Source: Felis catus (lineage: Eukaryota). From it: a stretch of DNA of 64,000 nt. Made by a program: the position numbers and the translations under genes. The stretch lies in assembly GCF_018350175.1 (NCBI RefSeq), contig NC_058382.1, positions 55,368,001 through 55,432,000 of the forward strand, read 5' to 3'. Positions 1-12,255 of the stretch are shown in pieces; positions within the stretch are counted from its first letter, which is position 1, and each line of letters opens with the position of its first letter. Under the pieces are notes generated by a model. It had not been told where the DNA came from and ran no database searches. It saw only the letters and a list, made by a program, of their open reading frames with translations.

Positions 1-225
1 AAAAGCCACACATTTTATTTCTTTATCTGATAATTTAAGATTTAGAAACTTCTCTTGAAGAAATAATCGGAAATATTTAATCGGAATAATATAAAAGGGT
101 AGGCGCCAAACAAAACGGCATATTCACAAAGTTTACAATCATGAAATATCAAGGGCAGTAATAAGAATGGTGACAGGTTACGGTCCATCCTCCGGGTGTT
201 ACAATGGACGAGCATTAAAGATGAT

Positions 226-446
226 GGGGCGCCCGGATGGCACAGTCAGTTGAGCGTCCGACTTCAGCTCAGGTCATGATCTCACAGTTTGTGAGTTTGA
301 GCCCCGCGTCACACTCTGTGCTGACAGCTCGGAGCCTGGAGCCTACTTCAGATTCTGTGTCTCCCTCTCTCTCTACCCCTCCCCTGCTCATACTCTGTCT
401 GTCTCTCTCTCTCAAAAATGAATAAACTTAAAAAAAAATTTAAAAA
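226..446 (+). mobile_element. CAN SINE (feline SINEC type), representative of roughly 45 copies across the window
   Basis: tRNA-derived head ggggcgcc..gg(t)ggctcagtcggtt, (CT)n, AATAAA and A tail, TSD aaagatga. Others include ~3435-3603, 8238-8437, 16187-16383, 17381-17630, 25087-25300, 26570-26997 (2), 29242-29466, 30176-30350, 33167-33388, 34875-35315 (2), 35590-35805, 35920-36158, 40436-40645, 41120-41341, 43023-43240, 44375-44575, 55790-55994, 58694-59245 (3), 59858-60072, 62219-62425. Confidence 0.93.
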
Positions 447-1029
447 AAAGATGAAAACCACAGGACTGTGTCACAGAATGGAAAACCAGGTTAACGGGAG
501 ACCCAGGGGATCCAGGTGTTTGAATAAATCTGTACCCACGGCACAGGGGTAGGAAAACACTGGAAGGAAATTGTGAATGGCTGGATTTGAGCACTTGGAT
601 TTGTTTTCCCCCTAGAATTCCTCCAATGCAGTTATATTCCTCATATAACGAAAACATTTTAAGAAGAGAGCACGTTAAAAGGATGAAGTCTATTTTAGGA
701 TATTATGGACCCAGAGATAGGAAAATTACAAGGAGAAGTTCAAATAAGTAACTTTTTTCTTTGAGTCCCTCATTTCATTTTGCTAAGACATTCAAACGTC
801 TTTTGTTTCAGAGACATATAATTATAGTAAGAAGAAATAAGCACAGAGCTTTTGAAATGTCATGTTTGTCTTCAAGGCATCTGAAGCCGCAGTGGCCATT
901 CAATTTTTTAAATGGCAGTGAAATTCGTGAGGAGCAGGCCCATAACGACTGCAACAGCATCTCAGGCACAACATAGTGGGGAAAATGTTGAAGTCCGATG
1001 GGTTTGGATTCGAATCCAGCATTTAGCTT

Positions 1030-1350
1030 GCCTTGGGCTGTGTTCTCCAGAAGCGGGGCTTGAGATGAGGATCTATGTGAAAGGGATTTAATGGGAGCGT
1101 TCCATTGTCCAAGGAACATTGGTCCTGGGGCATGGAAAACGGACGGGGAAGGGGAAGAAGCCAGGCTGTCCCCCTTGGAGGCCAGGGAACTGTAGTCCCA
1201 ATGCCCTCACACCTGTCAGTCATTAGTTAAGGACTGTCACCCCGCCTCCGAGGTGGGGAGGAGGGGAGGCTTAAATTCCCACCACTTGTGGCTTTCCGGG
1301 GCCACCCACAGGCAAAGTGAGCTCTAGTATCTGGGGGCAACATGTTGCCT
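1030..1350 (-). mobile_element. Old ERVL LTR fragment (LTR33/LTR16-like)
   Basis: gggctgtgttctccagaagcggggcttgagatgaggat... resembles the LTR33/16 3' end. Confidence 0.45.
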
Positions 1351-1422
1351 GCTGACAGTGAAGTGATCCATGGATTAGAGCAAACAAAAATGGCCAAGGG
1401 ATCTAGAGTAGTGTGACATTAC

Positions 1423-1502
1423 CTGTTACATACTTCTTAGTAGCCGTGTGACCATTGGTATCCATCTTTGGGCTTTTGAACTTCTGCTTTCTCCTCTGTA
1501 GA
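1423..1502 (-). CDS. Candidate exon (80 nt) of the same unidentified gene
   Basis: Acceptor gtcatttccag after a (TG)n tract, donor CAG|gtaatg. LQRRKQKFKSPKMDTNGHTATKKYVT, in frame with the 2064 exon; internal AAGATGG Kozak ATG. Confidence 0.45.
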
Positions 1503-1530
1503 CTGGAAATGACCGTAGATAGACAGACAG

Positions 1531-1564
<34 letters not shown>

Positions 1565-1569
1565 ACACA
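1531..1569 (+). repeat. (AC)n microsatellite; others: (AG)n ~17403-17444, (AC)n ~20674-20708 and ~43278-43313, (TG)n ~44865-44907, (CTTT)n ~54083-54134
   Basis: Directly visible simple repeats. Confidence 0.95.
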
Positions 1570-2063
1570 GACACTTATAGATGGCATTAGTGGAGGAGAG
1601 AGAGGAAGAAGGAAAGGGGGAGGAGAAAAAAGAGGGAGGGAGGGGGAGGTGATTTTGTGTATCAGGTGGTGAGGGGAGAGGTTTAAGTGTGGGGTTAGGT
1701 AGAACAAAGAGACAACAAAAAGAAAAAAGGAAAAGGCTGACAATGAAATGGAGAGAAGAAGCATTCATTTGTTTATTCAGCAACATGAACCGAGTGTTCA
1801 CTATGTGTTGTATATTGTCCAGAAGCAATGGGGGAAGAAAAATAAAGACCATGCAATTGTTATGTTGCCAACTGATGGGATCAAAGTTCTCAGTTTCCCT
1901 TGACTCTTGACTCACATTCCCTGGATTCCTCCTCCTCCTCCTCCTGTGAGGTGGTGCCTTATCCTTCTCAGCCTACTCTTTGAACTTGGTAGAAATGCAA
2001 AGGTAACTTTGGTTTTCTGCCCTCAGGCCTTTCATCCTGGCCCCTCCAGTCTCGCCCACCTAC

Positions 2064-2266
2064 CTCCATTCGGTATCTACTGTGTGCAGGGAACACACCC
2101 AGAGGGCTTGGCAGTCTGATGGGAGAGATGTGGCCATAGCTAACCTTGGCTGTGCAATGGGGCAGGGAAATGTCTCTGGGAGGATTCCCGAGTGCCTGGA
2201 GCCCAGGGGTGGGCGCAGCTCCTGTGTCAGGAGGCTGGGGAAAGCTTGACAACAGACGGATCTCAT
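2064..2266 (-). CDS. Candidate first exon of an unidentified gene (ATG at 2266 or 2137)
   Basis: Strong donor GAG|gtaggt. ORF-track frame 2060..2266; GCTATGG Kozak context at 2137 gives MATSLPSDCQALWVCSLHTVDTEW, phase 2. Confidence 0.35.
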
Positions 2267-5200
2267 TAGGGATTAAAAAGTAGCTTTCCAGAGGGAAAAT
2301 AGGAAGGTTTTCCAGGCCAATTGGTTAAGCAGTTACTATAGAACACAACTAGCACTTGTTGAAACTTGTTGAGTTGGATAATTTTTAATTGGAATTTTCA
2401 AAACAGCGCACAATGGGGATGGAATGAAGGGCTGGAAGAAGGATCTGTTTTATGTAGAGGTCCTTATTCTATGCTCCAAACTAAGGGTCCTAGGTGGGTA
2501 GTGACCCCTTCTGGGACTTCCTAATTAGTCCAATTAAGGTTCTAAAATGGAATACACTCAGTATCCCCTTGGACTTTGGGCTTCTTTGGATTTAACATTA
2601 GATTACTAAAATGGATAAACATTGACAGTGGAACATGGGATTAAAAAATGGCATCTCTGTGCTCAGAGCTTCATATTTTATATTTGATTCTCACAACCCA
2701 AATAACTTACATCTTGCAAATAAGGACACTATGTGTCCAAAGTCACCATGACACTAAGTAGCAGAGGTAGGCTAAAACCAGATCAGACCCACTTGAACCA
2801 AAAACCATGCTCTTAACCACTATCATGACCAGTGTTATTAACTAGCCATGGTGTCCTTGGTATAAAATGTGTTCATTCAATCAGCAAGTAAATGTTGCAG
2901 ATGCATTTTGCGCACAAGATTCTGCTTGATGCAGAACTTGGCAGTTGAGTGTGGACGCAAGAGATGCCGAGGACAGAAGATACAATGAAGGTACCATGGA
3001 GAGGGAGAGGGATGTTTGAAAAGGGTGATGATTTGAGAGATGCCACATGGTGAATTTGACTTCAGCTTTGATTTTGAGGGCAGTGAGGGGGCAGTGCAGG
3101 TGAAAAGCCACTGGCAGTTGGAAATGAAAAACTAGTCCTTGGTTGGGGTTAGAGAAGGAGACTGGGGAACATGACCCATATAGCTACGGTTAATGCTGCA
3201 AGGGAAGAGGTCCCTGAGGTATATAGTAAGGAGTCAGTACAGTCAGCAGTGAGCCTATAATCCAGCCAGTCTACCGAATTTTTTAAAATGAGCACACATC
3301 CAGTTTTATCATTCAGTTTAAACCTTATGAGCCCTCTACAGAGAAGCATAAAAAGGTATTGCTAACTCAGGTAATGTTGTAAAAGTTGGAATGGTGATTT
3401 TATTGGCATTCTAAACTAAAAAATATTTTTTTAATTAAAAAGTTTTTTAATGTTTCATCTATTTTTGAGTGACAGAATCCACGGCGGGCTCCAGGCTCAG
3501 GGATGTCAGTACGGAGCCCGACGTGGGGCTTGGACCTGTGAACCGTGAGATCATGACCTGAGCCTGAGTTGGACGCTTACCCACTGAGCCACCCAGGGGC
3601 CCCTTGTTAGGCATTCTAGATGGCTTGTTTTGATTGATGGAACGAAAGTCTGTGCCCCCCACCCCCCAATGTATTGTAAGCTGTTTGAAGGCAGGAACCA
3701 GGTGTCTCTTATGACCATGTCCTTCTTTTCAGTCTCTGAGCACATTACTAGAACCAATACAATATCAACCAGTGAATGAGCCATCGGTGAACAAACCAAG
3801 CTGGTGTAATGCACTCCCCCTTTTGTGGTCATTGGCCAGATACAATGGCATTGTCCCAATCTGCCCACTTGCTTAGGCACTTCTTTTTGCTAGGGTCACC
3901 TGTGTAGAAAGGACAGAGTGACATGGCTGAGCTCTGGAGGACCCATTGTTCGGCAGTGACTTAATTGTTGGTTTGCTCCGGACAGGGCTTTGTGATGACT
4001 TGGTTCAGAGCATGGTCCTGTTTAGCTAGGTTGTGGCACAGACAGAACATCCTCTGGCCCTGACCGGGCTCTTGAAACTGCTCTCCCCAGGGTCCCTGGT
4101 GTCCCAGTCATGAGAACGTGTTCTCCTCTAATCCTTTCCCCCTTCCTAACTTCTCTGGTTCCTGCCTTCCCGCCGACTCTGTCTGTCCTACCTCCTTCCC
4201 ATTTCTATAGGTGCTTTTTGTCCCCTTATTGATGATTTCTTCGTAAATTCGTCTTCCTTGGTTTAGTCCCTAGATGCCAGCTGTCCCAGATTCTCAGATT
4301 CCCTACATTCCCCATTAGGATCCCTTTACACCTCACACTTTCCAGCAGTCTCCATGAACGGCTCCCGTGCCACCTGTATTCGGGCAATGATCAGTCTCTG
4401 TGTCCTTCCCAGACTTGGTTCCTGCACTCTGCAGCTCATACCCACTCCTTCCTCAGTATCTCCTCCTGGGTGTCCAAGAGCCCACCTGTCCCCGACTGCA
4501 CTCGCAAACTATCCCTGAAATCCTGCCATCAGCCCAGCACTCCCTAATCTGTTGATGGTGCAATCACCACCCACCCATCTGCCCAAGTCAGAGAAGTCAC
4601 AGCCACCTTTGAATCTTCCTATCAATCCACCCAAATCAGAAATCAGACTCATAACTGAGTCTCCCTGAGTCTTTCTTTTCTTGCATCACCTCATCCAATG
4701 AGTCTTTTCTTCATCACTCAGTGACCTTTCACTGCCTTTGAATTTCTCCCTTCCTTACCATTCTACTGCCTCTCCCTGTGTTCAAAGCTTCTCAAGTGGG
4801 CTCTGAAACAGCATCTCTGTTGTTATCCCTGCCCCTCTTTTCTCTATCCTCATCCTGCAGCCAGAATCATGCCTTTCTAGAATACAAAGCTAACCAGTCC
4901 ATGCTTCCCTGTTAAAATCCGTCTATTTCTCTATAAAGTCCAAATTTCTTGTGTGCAAAGGTTCTTGACGATGGAGGTCATATCATATGCTACCTCTCTA
5001 CTCCCCAAGTTCCAAGGCAAGTTCTGGATACCTATTAGCGATTCTAAAAGTTGTAAGCTATCCAAGCACCGTACAAAAAAAAAAAAAAGTACATTTAAGA
5101 TAGGTCAAGAGTTGCCAGGGAGGTAAAACCTGAGGTTTTCAGAGGATTCCAGGTACAAACAAGTTCTTATCTGAAAAAAAATGGTCAAAGATTATCTTTG

Positions 5201-6658
5201 TCTACACCCTCAAGGCCATAGCTGCCTTGTCCATTTGTTTATGTCAGTATCTAGACCTTAATTACTCTGCAGATTTCGGAATCCTCTGTTTATGCTCCTA
5301 AAGATGAACACTTTGTAGGTGGCATTCCTTTGCCCCATCATCCAACTTCTTGACTTCGGGGTTTGATGCTAGGCTCTCAGAGTCAGGAATTAGATTAGAT
5401 CATAGGGTGTCCATATGTATGTGTGAGGACATGGTGTGGGAAAAATTTCTGAGGCAAGGCCAGAGGCATCAGGTTAATGGGTAGATGGCTCAGATAGTTC
5501 TGTTACACTGAGCCCGACAGAGATAAGCAGAGGACCTGGAATGAAAGAAATCAGTAAATCCAGGTCCCAAAGAAGACAAGATGGGAGCAAAATAAGCAGG
5601 GAGCAATGATGGAGTGGAGTGGGGGAACATGTCCAGGTTGAATGATCCAGGGACCCCTGGGACTTTCATCCCAGCCACCATCGTCGTCACAAAGTGGCAT
5701 CTCCTCTTTAACACAGGATTCACTACAGGCAATACTCTGGTGCTCCCTGACTCCCTCACATCATGAGATTCTTCCTCTGTGCTCAGAAACCCCAACTCCC
5801 ATTGACTTTGTGCCATAAACAGAACATTGGAAAGATAGGTATCCCTGGAAAACAATTCTAAAATTCAAGAAGAGAAGCCATTAGGAACCCTGTGTTGAAT
5901 TCCCTTTGTGTGCAAAGGACTCAAGGTCCTGGGCCAGAGGCATGTGAATTTGAGTCAGTGCCCAACATTGTCTTAGACTGAATAGAAAGAACCCAAATTC
6001 TACTTTTATGGGTCAGAGGCCCTGATCGGTCAGTTGAAACACTGGACAAGGACTGAGTTTCATTGAATTCTATTCTAAAGACTTATGTCTACTAAAGTCC
6101 TGAGGCCTACAGAGTCAAAGCAAACCTGGGAATCATGAAGAAAGTGATTAGAAACAAAACCAAACTTATGTTTCTTTCTTAAAACAGAGCCATAACATAT
6201 GGGCACCTACAGGTCTGGTCACTGTCATTCGGGGTGGGAAGTAGGGTGCAGTGGTTAAGACTACACACTCGAGACCATGACTGATCTGGCTATCAACTCA
6301 TACCTTGCCACTAACTAGCTTTCTGAACTAAGGTAAGTGAGTTGACCTCTCTGAACTTCAGTTTCCTTATCTGTAAAACAGAACTAATCATAAGACTGAT
6401 CTCACTGGGATTATTGCCAGGATGGAATGAAACAACACACATAAAGGACCATTTGTAGGTGGTGATTGGCACTGAGCCAAACAGGGCAGCCTCAGGGTGC
6501 TGATCAGATAGTCAGAGGATAAGGTTGCTAAAAGAGCCCCCCAACTCTGGAAAGAGAAGAAAGAGAGTGCGCATGATTGCAACAGGCCCTGGAATATGAG
6601 ATAGGAATTCACTTCCTTAGAATCCTCCCTTCCAACACCCACACCTTTTTGCACTTAC

Positions 6659-6863
6659 AGTTTGAGAGAAGTTGTAGAATGAGCCACAGGAAGCGTGTGT
6701 CCACACACAGATAGTAAACCAGTAAGTCATCTTAGGGGGACATCGTTATAGGACAACAGTGTAGTGGGTAGGGTTCCACTGCATCCTGTTGCCCAGGCAG
6801 GGTTTGGTCACATGCAAGGGGTCTCCCGTACCCCACTCCACTCATTACAGGTCAGTTGTGATT
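6659..6863 (-). other. Exon-like segment, 205 nt, stops in all frames
   Basis: Long pyrimidine tract + ccccag acceptor, donor ACT|gtaagt; non-repeat sequence. Confidence 0.4.
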
Positions 6864-6959
6864 CTGGGGAGGCGGGGGGAGAGGGGGGAAGGGGGAAAAA
6901 CCTCCTGCTCTGCCACTGTGAGGTTTACACAACCAATCATCTCCTAGTGCTCTTTTCGG

Positions 6960-7400
6960 GATCATCCCTTTCATCCAGTGAGGTTGTTTGAATAGTCCCA
7001 GTGATGGAAAGCCCACTACATTTTCAGGAAAACCATTCCACTCTTATACAATGCTAATAGTTATAAATATCTTCCTTCTAACGAGCCAAAATATGCCTCC
7101 TTGGAACATCCATCAATGCACTTAGTTCTGTCCTTGGAAGTCATGCAATCTAATTAAACCACTCTTTTGCATGATAGCTCTTGAAAAATGTGGAGACTGT
7201 ATCATATCATAGCCAAATCTGCTTTGAACTAAATCTCATTCCTTTAACCATTCCTCCCATGACTGGGTTTCCAGAACTTTCAATATTCTCCTCAGCCTTC
7301 TCTGGACCACTTCCAGTTTGATGACATTCCTTTGAGATGTTGACTCAGACTTCACATCATGTACCATCTTGGTCTCTGGGCAACAAACCAGATGGGAGCT
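6960..7400 (-). mobile_element. CR1/L3 LINE 3' fragment
   Basis: KLEVVQRRLRRILKVLETQSWEEWLKE resembles the CR1 RT C-terminal KLERVQRRATRMIRGLE..YEERLRE. Confidence 0.75.
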
Positions 7401-7435
7401 AATGAGGTGAAGTGAAATCAGAATAAGGTTCTTCA

Positions 7436-7511
7436 TCAGATGTTATTGCTTTGTTTAGCAGGGTCGGTCGGTAACAACCCCTTTTCCCAGCTGAATTCTG
7501 AAATGATTGGG
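7436..7511 (-). pseudogene. Putative terminal coding pseudo-exon
   Basis: Acceptor ctctacctgccttgctcctctag; PIISEFSWEKGLLPTDPAKQSNNI* with TGA at 7438-7436. Confidence 0.45.
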
Positions 7512-7642
7512 CTAGAGGAGCAAGGCAGGTAGAGATGGAGACATTGGCTCTATTCCTGAAAAAAAAAAGCATTGGAAAAGTGTCTTGGATGTGTGATGCT
7601 CCATGCCCACTCAAGGCAGAGATGAAAAGTCTTAAACCTCGC

Positions 7643-7927
7643 CCACAGGGTAGGATGTGGATTATACAGCTTTGCCAGCAGAGCTCAATATTATAGACAT
7701 TTTGCCAGCCAGAAGGTCATGAGGGAGAGTGGAATGTTTCCATGTGACACTCTAGCCTCTGGAGTTCTCTCCTCTACTTCTCAGTCCTGATTGTTCTGAA
7801 GTGGTGAGTTTGCGAATTGCTCTGCATTGTCCTTTTGGCTCCTTGGCTAGAGAGAGAAGAGATCTTTGCATTGACTGATACATTCTTGTCCCGTTCTGTC
7901 AAACTCAGCAGATAATTTGCTCTACCT
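7643..7927 (-). pseudogene. Pseudo-exon, 285 nt (GC or mutated donor)
   Basis: Strong acceptor ctcctgctctcttctcccctgcag; donor TGG|gcgagg. GRANYLLSLTERDKNV...RTEK*RRELQRLECHMETFHSPS*PSGWQNVYNIELCWQSCIIHILPCG, phase 2 to 2. Confidence 0.62.
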
Positions 7928-8939
7928 CTGCAGGGGAGAAGAGAGCAGGAGACAGGGGCCAGGAGTATCACACTGCTAGACATCTCTCCATATTGAAGGA
8001 AGTATAGGAAGTGGAGAAGTGTTCCCCCTAAGTTTAGGCTCTGGAAACCAGCTCTCTGTATGGAGGATGCTGTTTCAAAACTGCAATTTGTGTGACAGAG
8101 GTCCAGGGAGGTTTGACTGCAAACTTAAATGGAGTCAATGGTCAGCTATTTGCCCACAACTTCCTCCCCCCAATGCCTCCACCTTCCCCCAACAAAAATA
8201 CATATACAAAGCTTCACTCTTAAGATGCACAATATCTTTTTTTAACATTTATTTATTGTTTAGAAAGAGAGAGAGAGAGAGAACGAGCAGGGGAGGGGCA
8301 CAGTGAGAGACAGAGGATCCAAAGTGGGCTTTGCACTGTCATCAGAGAGCCTGATGTAGGGCTCAAACTCATGGACTGTGAGATGATGACCTGAGCCGAA
8401 GTCGGACGCTTAACCGACTGAGCCACCCAGGTGCCCCAAGATGCACAATATCTAAATGAGAGTATTAGACCATTCACTGGATCTGGGCCCTTGAATAAGC
8501 TGCTTCACTTCTCTGTGGCAAATTTTCCTCATTTATAAAATATGAATCATGATTGGTACCTCTTCTCAGGATTAAATAAGATTATGATACATATATGCTG
8601 CATGGCACATAGTAGATGCTTCATGGAATATAATGACTTTTCCCTTTTCCTCATCTTGTCCTGTCTAATAATCCTCTTGGTAAGGAGACAAACAAAATAA
8701 GAGTTTGGTAGTTTTGCTTTCTGTACCATTCATGAATGCCACCTCACTGGCCTCGTTCAATGGTGCCCTACTCCTTTGTTCATTTGTGTTATGACCATTT
8801 GTTGACTGGCTAGTCCTCTTTTTGTGGTTAACTGGCTCCTGCAGGCCTGTCTAATCTGGGGTTTTGCCTACAGATGCTTTTCTTACAGGTGACTAGGGCT
8901 TCTCTTATATTGAGACCCTTGGTTCTGTGTCATGTCTAC

Positions 8940-9226
8940 CTGGGGTTCTTGCCCTGCTAAGCTCTGGCTACATCTGAGAGTTCCCTAGGTGACCACTTTG
9001 GCCTCTTGAATTTTCTCCCTTGATTTTTCTCAGCCTTGACCCTTCCTCTGAGTTGTCTTCTCAGTTTTTCTATTGGATAGAGAGTCTTTTGAGGGCATTG
9101 GGTTATGAAGATCTTGTGTTGGGTAAAATGTTCGGCAGCTACATGTTCTTCTGAGTCTCCATCCATGTATGAGACATGATGGGGATTGCGGTGCTGAAAG
9201 TGATAAGGGTGTGTGACCCACCTGAG
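8940..9226 (-). pseudogene. Pseudo-exon, 287 nt
   Basis: Acceptor gtgtctccctccacag, donor CAG|gtagac. LRWVTHPYHFQHRNPHHVSYMDGDSEEHVAAEHFTQHKIFITQCPQKTLYPIEKLRRQL...ARA*QGKNP, phase 0 to 2. Confidence 0.65.
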
Positions 9227-9304
9227 CTGTGGAGGGAGACACAGCTGCTTGTTTTCACAGTTCACGCTTCAATAACTGCTTGTTGATTGTCTATTGCATA
9301 CACT

Positions 9305-10113
9305 TGATTTATATATTTGGGTTCTTTCAAGTCGGGGCATAAACATTTACAACTGTTAGCTCTTCTTGATAGATAGACCCCTTAATTATGATATAATGCC
9401 CTTCTTCATCTCTTGTTATAGTCTTTGGTTTAAAATCTCATTTGATATAAGTATGGATGCTCCAGCTTTCTTTTGACATTTAGTAGCATGATAGATGGTT
9501 CTCCATCCCCTCACTTTCAATCTGCAGGGGTTCTCAGGTCTAACATGAGTCTCTTATAGACAGCATATAGATGGATCTTGGTTTTCTATCCATTCTGATA
9601 CCCTATGTCTTTTGATAGGGGCAGTTAGTCCATTTTCATTCAGAGTGATTATTGAACGATACGGATTTAGGGTCATTGTGTTATCTGTAGGTTTCATTCT
9701 TTCTCGTGCTTGTGGTGATGTCTCTGGTCCCTTGCAGGGTTCCACTCACAGAGTCCCCCTTAGGATCTCCTGCAGGGCTGGTTTAGTGGTCATGAACTCC
9801 TTGACTTTTTGTTTGGGAAAACCCTTCTCTCTCCTATTCTGAATGACAGCCTTGCTGGATAAGGGATTCTTGGCTGCGTATTTTTCCTATTCAGCACATT
9901 GACTATTTCTTGCCACTCCCTTCTGGACTGCCAACTTTCAGTGGACAGGTCTGCTACTACCCTTATGTGTCTCCCTTGTAGGTTAAGGCCCGTTTGTCCC
10001 TAGCTGCTTTCAGAATTCTCTCTTTACCTTTGTATTTTGCCAGTTTCACTCTGATATGTCATGGTGTTGGCCTGTTTGTGTTGACTGTGAAGGGAGTTCT
10101 CTGTGCCTCCTGG
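9305..10113 (-). mobile_element. Internal L1 fragment spanning the ORF1 end and ORF2 start
   Basis: MTLNPYRSIITLNENGLTAPIKRHRVSEWIENQDPSICCL is the L1 ORF2 endonuclease N-terminus; no 3' UTR or polyA attached. Confidence 0.88.
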
Positions 10114-11119
10114 TATTGGCACACTTGAGAAACAAGGGGCCGTAAGGACAGACAAGGTCTCTGCTCTCTTGAAGCTTAATTCTAGCAAAGGAAGACATAA
10201 AACAAACAAACTAATAACTAGATAAGGTAACATCAGCACAGCAAGACTTTGATGGCATGGGTAATTATTCTACTGGGCTACTAAGAGCTACCTTTTATTA
10301 GGGGCTCCTAATGCCAGGCACCGTGACTAGTATTTCTGTGCTTAATTTCATTTAATTCTCAAAAACACCATATAAGGTCATTTTTTTTTTAAATATGAAA
10401 AGTTTTAAGTATTCAAAAAGTAGTAGGAATATTGACAACATGCTCAATATGTGTATTCTAGAACAACCATAATCAAGGGATGGATGAGATAATTTCTGTT
10501 ACTATCTATCCTATTACTGTTACCAATCCCATTTAAAGATGAAGAAATCGAGGCTTTCGAGGGATCACATAACTAAGGTCTATACCATAAAATAAGTCAG
10601 CAGCAGTGCTAGAATTCAAATGCAGGCTATTCTATCCCTATTGTAATTCAAGGGATGACACAAGCAGTGAAGGCAAGGGATGACAGGTATGCCCCCTGAG
10701 GGAAAGGGGCCATGACTGCCAAATATTTCAGACATGCGAAGCTGCCCCAAGTATCTTTGGCTTCCACATTCAGACCCAGGGTCCTGCAGTAAAGCTGTCT
10801 TTCAGCAATAAAAAGAGGACTCTATCACCCAGAGAGGCTTGCCTTGGCAGCTCCAGAGAACCCTAAGAACTAACAACCAGGAACTTCCCCAGGGCTTCTC
10901 TCTAGTAGCAAAGCTATTATGTCTCCACTGAGAAGCCATTAGTGCCCTATGCAAAATGCCTTCTCATTGCTCTTGGAGTCAGTCAGTCATTGTTTTCCAA
11001 ATATTCCCAGCTGTGCCCTGGGGCTGTCACTTGGCTACCTCTAGGTTATTACTTCAAACTTACCTTGTGTGTTGTTGAGTTTTACAATGTTTTTGGTCGT
11101 GTAGAAAGGGGATGAGAAT

Positions 11120-12244
11120 CCATTCATTCATTATTTCATGAATAATTTCTGAGCACTCTGTGTCAGGTAGTGGGAATACAGAGGAAAACAGCACACATTC
11201 ATTACATTGAATAAACTTCCAGTGTAGTGGAGGAGACAGAAAGAAACCAGGATGTCACAAGGCAGTACGACATGTAAGAGTTCAGAGAAGTAGCAGAGTG
11301 AGAGGACAGAAGTCCACCCAAGAGTCTACAGCAGAGGCCATGGGTTTGGAGAACAATCAGTGAGTTATAGGGACTTTATGGTGGAAGATTCAGAGGACTT
11401 GTTGGCTCCTTGGATCTAGGCAGAGAAGAAGAGACTTTTCCACCCCTAATCTTCATCCAAGACCTCTTGTAGTTCCTTTTGACCATCTTTCTGGCCAGAT
11501 GGACTGTGAACTCCATGAAGGCAGCAATACATAAAGCATGGTGCTCACAACAGCCTCAAGGAATGAATTCATGAACCAATGAATGTAGAGAATAATTCCG
11601 AGGGTCTGAGAATGATTCTTACAACTAAGAGAAACAATGGCTTTTGAGACACTGAGGGGGAAGATGCTGACTATGAAGAAAAGATAAAGCCTTTTGTTGG
11701 AGACGTGGTAAACTTGAGATGCCAAGGTTGTATCCAGGCAGAGGTGTCTGAGAGAAAGAAGGTTAAAATCCAAGAAGGAACTCACGACTGGAGATACAAC
11801 TAGGTTAGCCTTCCACATAGGTGGGATAAATGAAGATCTGGAAGCTAAAATGACCCATGAGAGAAAAGTAGAGATCTATCTCCCATAGAGATTAGGACAG
11901 GGAGCTGGGCAGTGGCGTCCACCCAAATCTACAGGATAGGAGGTGGGAGGTAGACCTGCAATGTTGTAGGGTTCCAAGGAAGAGAAAGTTTCCAAGAGAA
12001 AGAGTTATAAACGACATTCAATATGGAGGAGAGACTGTAAGAGATGACAAGATATCTCTGGATTCAATGCCCTGGGAAGTACTGATTGAAAAGAATTGTT
12101 TCAGTAAAGGGTATGAGAAGGAGCCCCAGTGCAAGGACAATGAGGAGACGGTGTTAGTGGGCAACTGTGGAATTTTGAGAACACTGGTGGGAAAAGCAAG
12201 GAGCAGGATGGGAGATTAGCTCTAGGGAACAGTAAGATCAAAAG
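11120..12244 (-). mobile_element. L2 LINE fragment (appears to continue at ~14813-14970 after the L1 insertion); other L2 pieces at ~2880-3250, ~4300-4960, ~16600-17130
   Basis: cattcattcatt...ctgagcactctgtgtcaggtagtgggaatacagaggaaaac... L2 3' end followed by a purine-rich L2 body. Confidence 0.65.
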
Positions 12245-12255
12245 AAGAAATTTGG

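Noticed and set aside
226..305. tRNA-like sequence with Pol III A/B boxes
   Set aside because: Head of a tRNA-derived SINE followed by (CT)n and an A tail; not a tRNA gene. The same applies to all copies.
1423..1502. SDR42E1 first coding exon (expected upstream of HSD17B2 on the minus strand)
   Set aside because: Peptide lacks the VLITGGSGYFG motif of SDR42E1.
3842..3854. ACAATGGCATTGT palindrome as a dimeric SOX site
   Set aside because: Spacer is shorter than typical SOXE dimer sites; a single motif is insufficient without conservation data.
11064..11098. 35-nt micro-exon on the minus strand with strong donor AAG|gtaagt
   Set aside because: Acceptor reads tttctacAC rather than AG and inclusion breaks the phase chain. 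It may be a mutated exon but was not counted.
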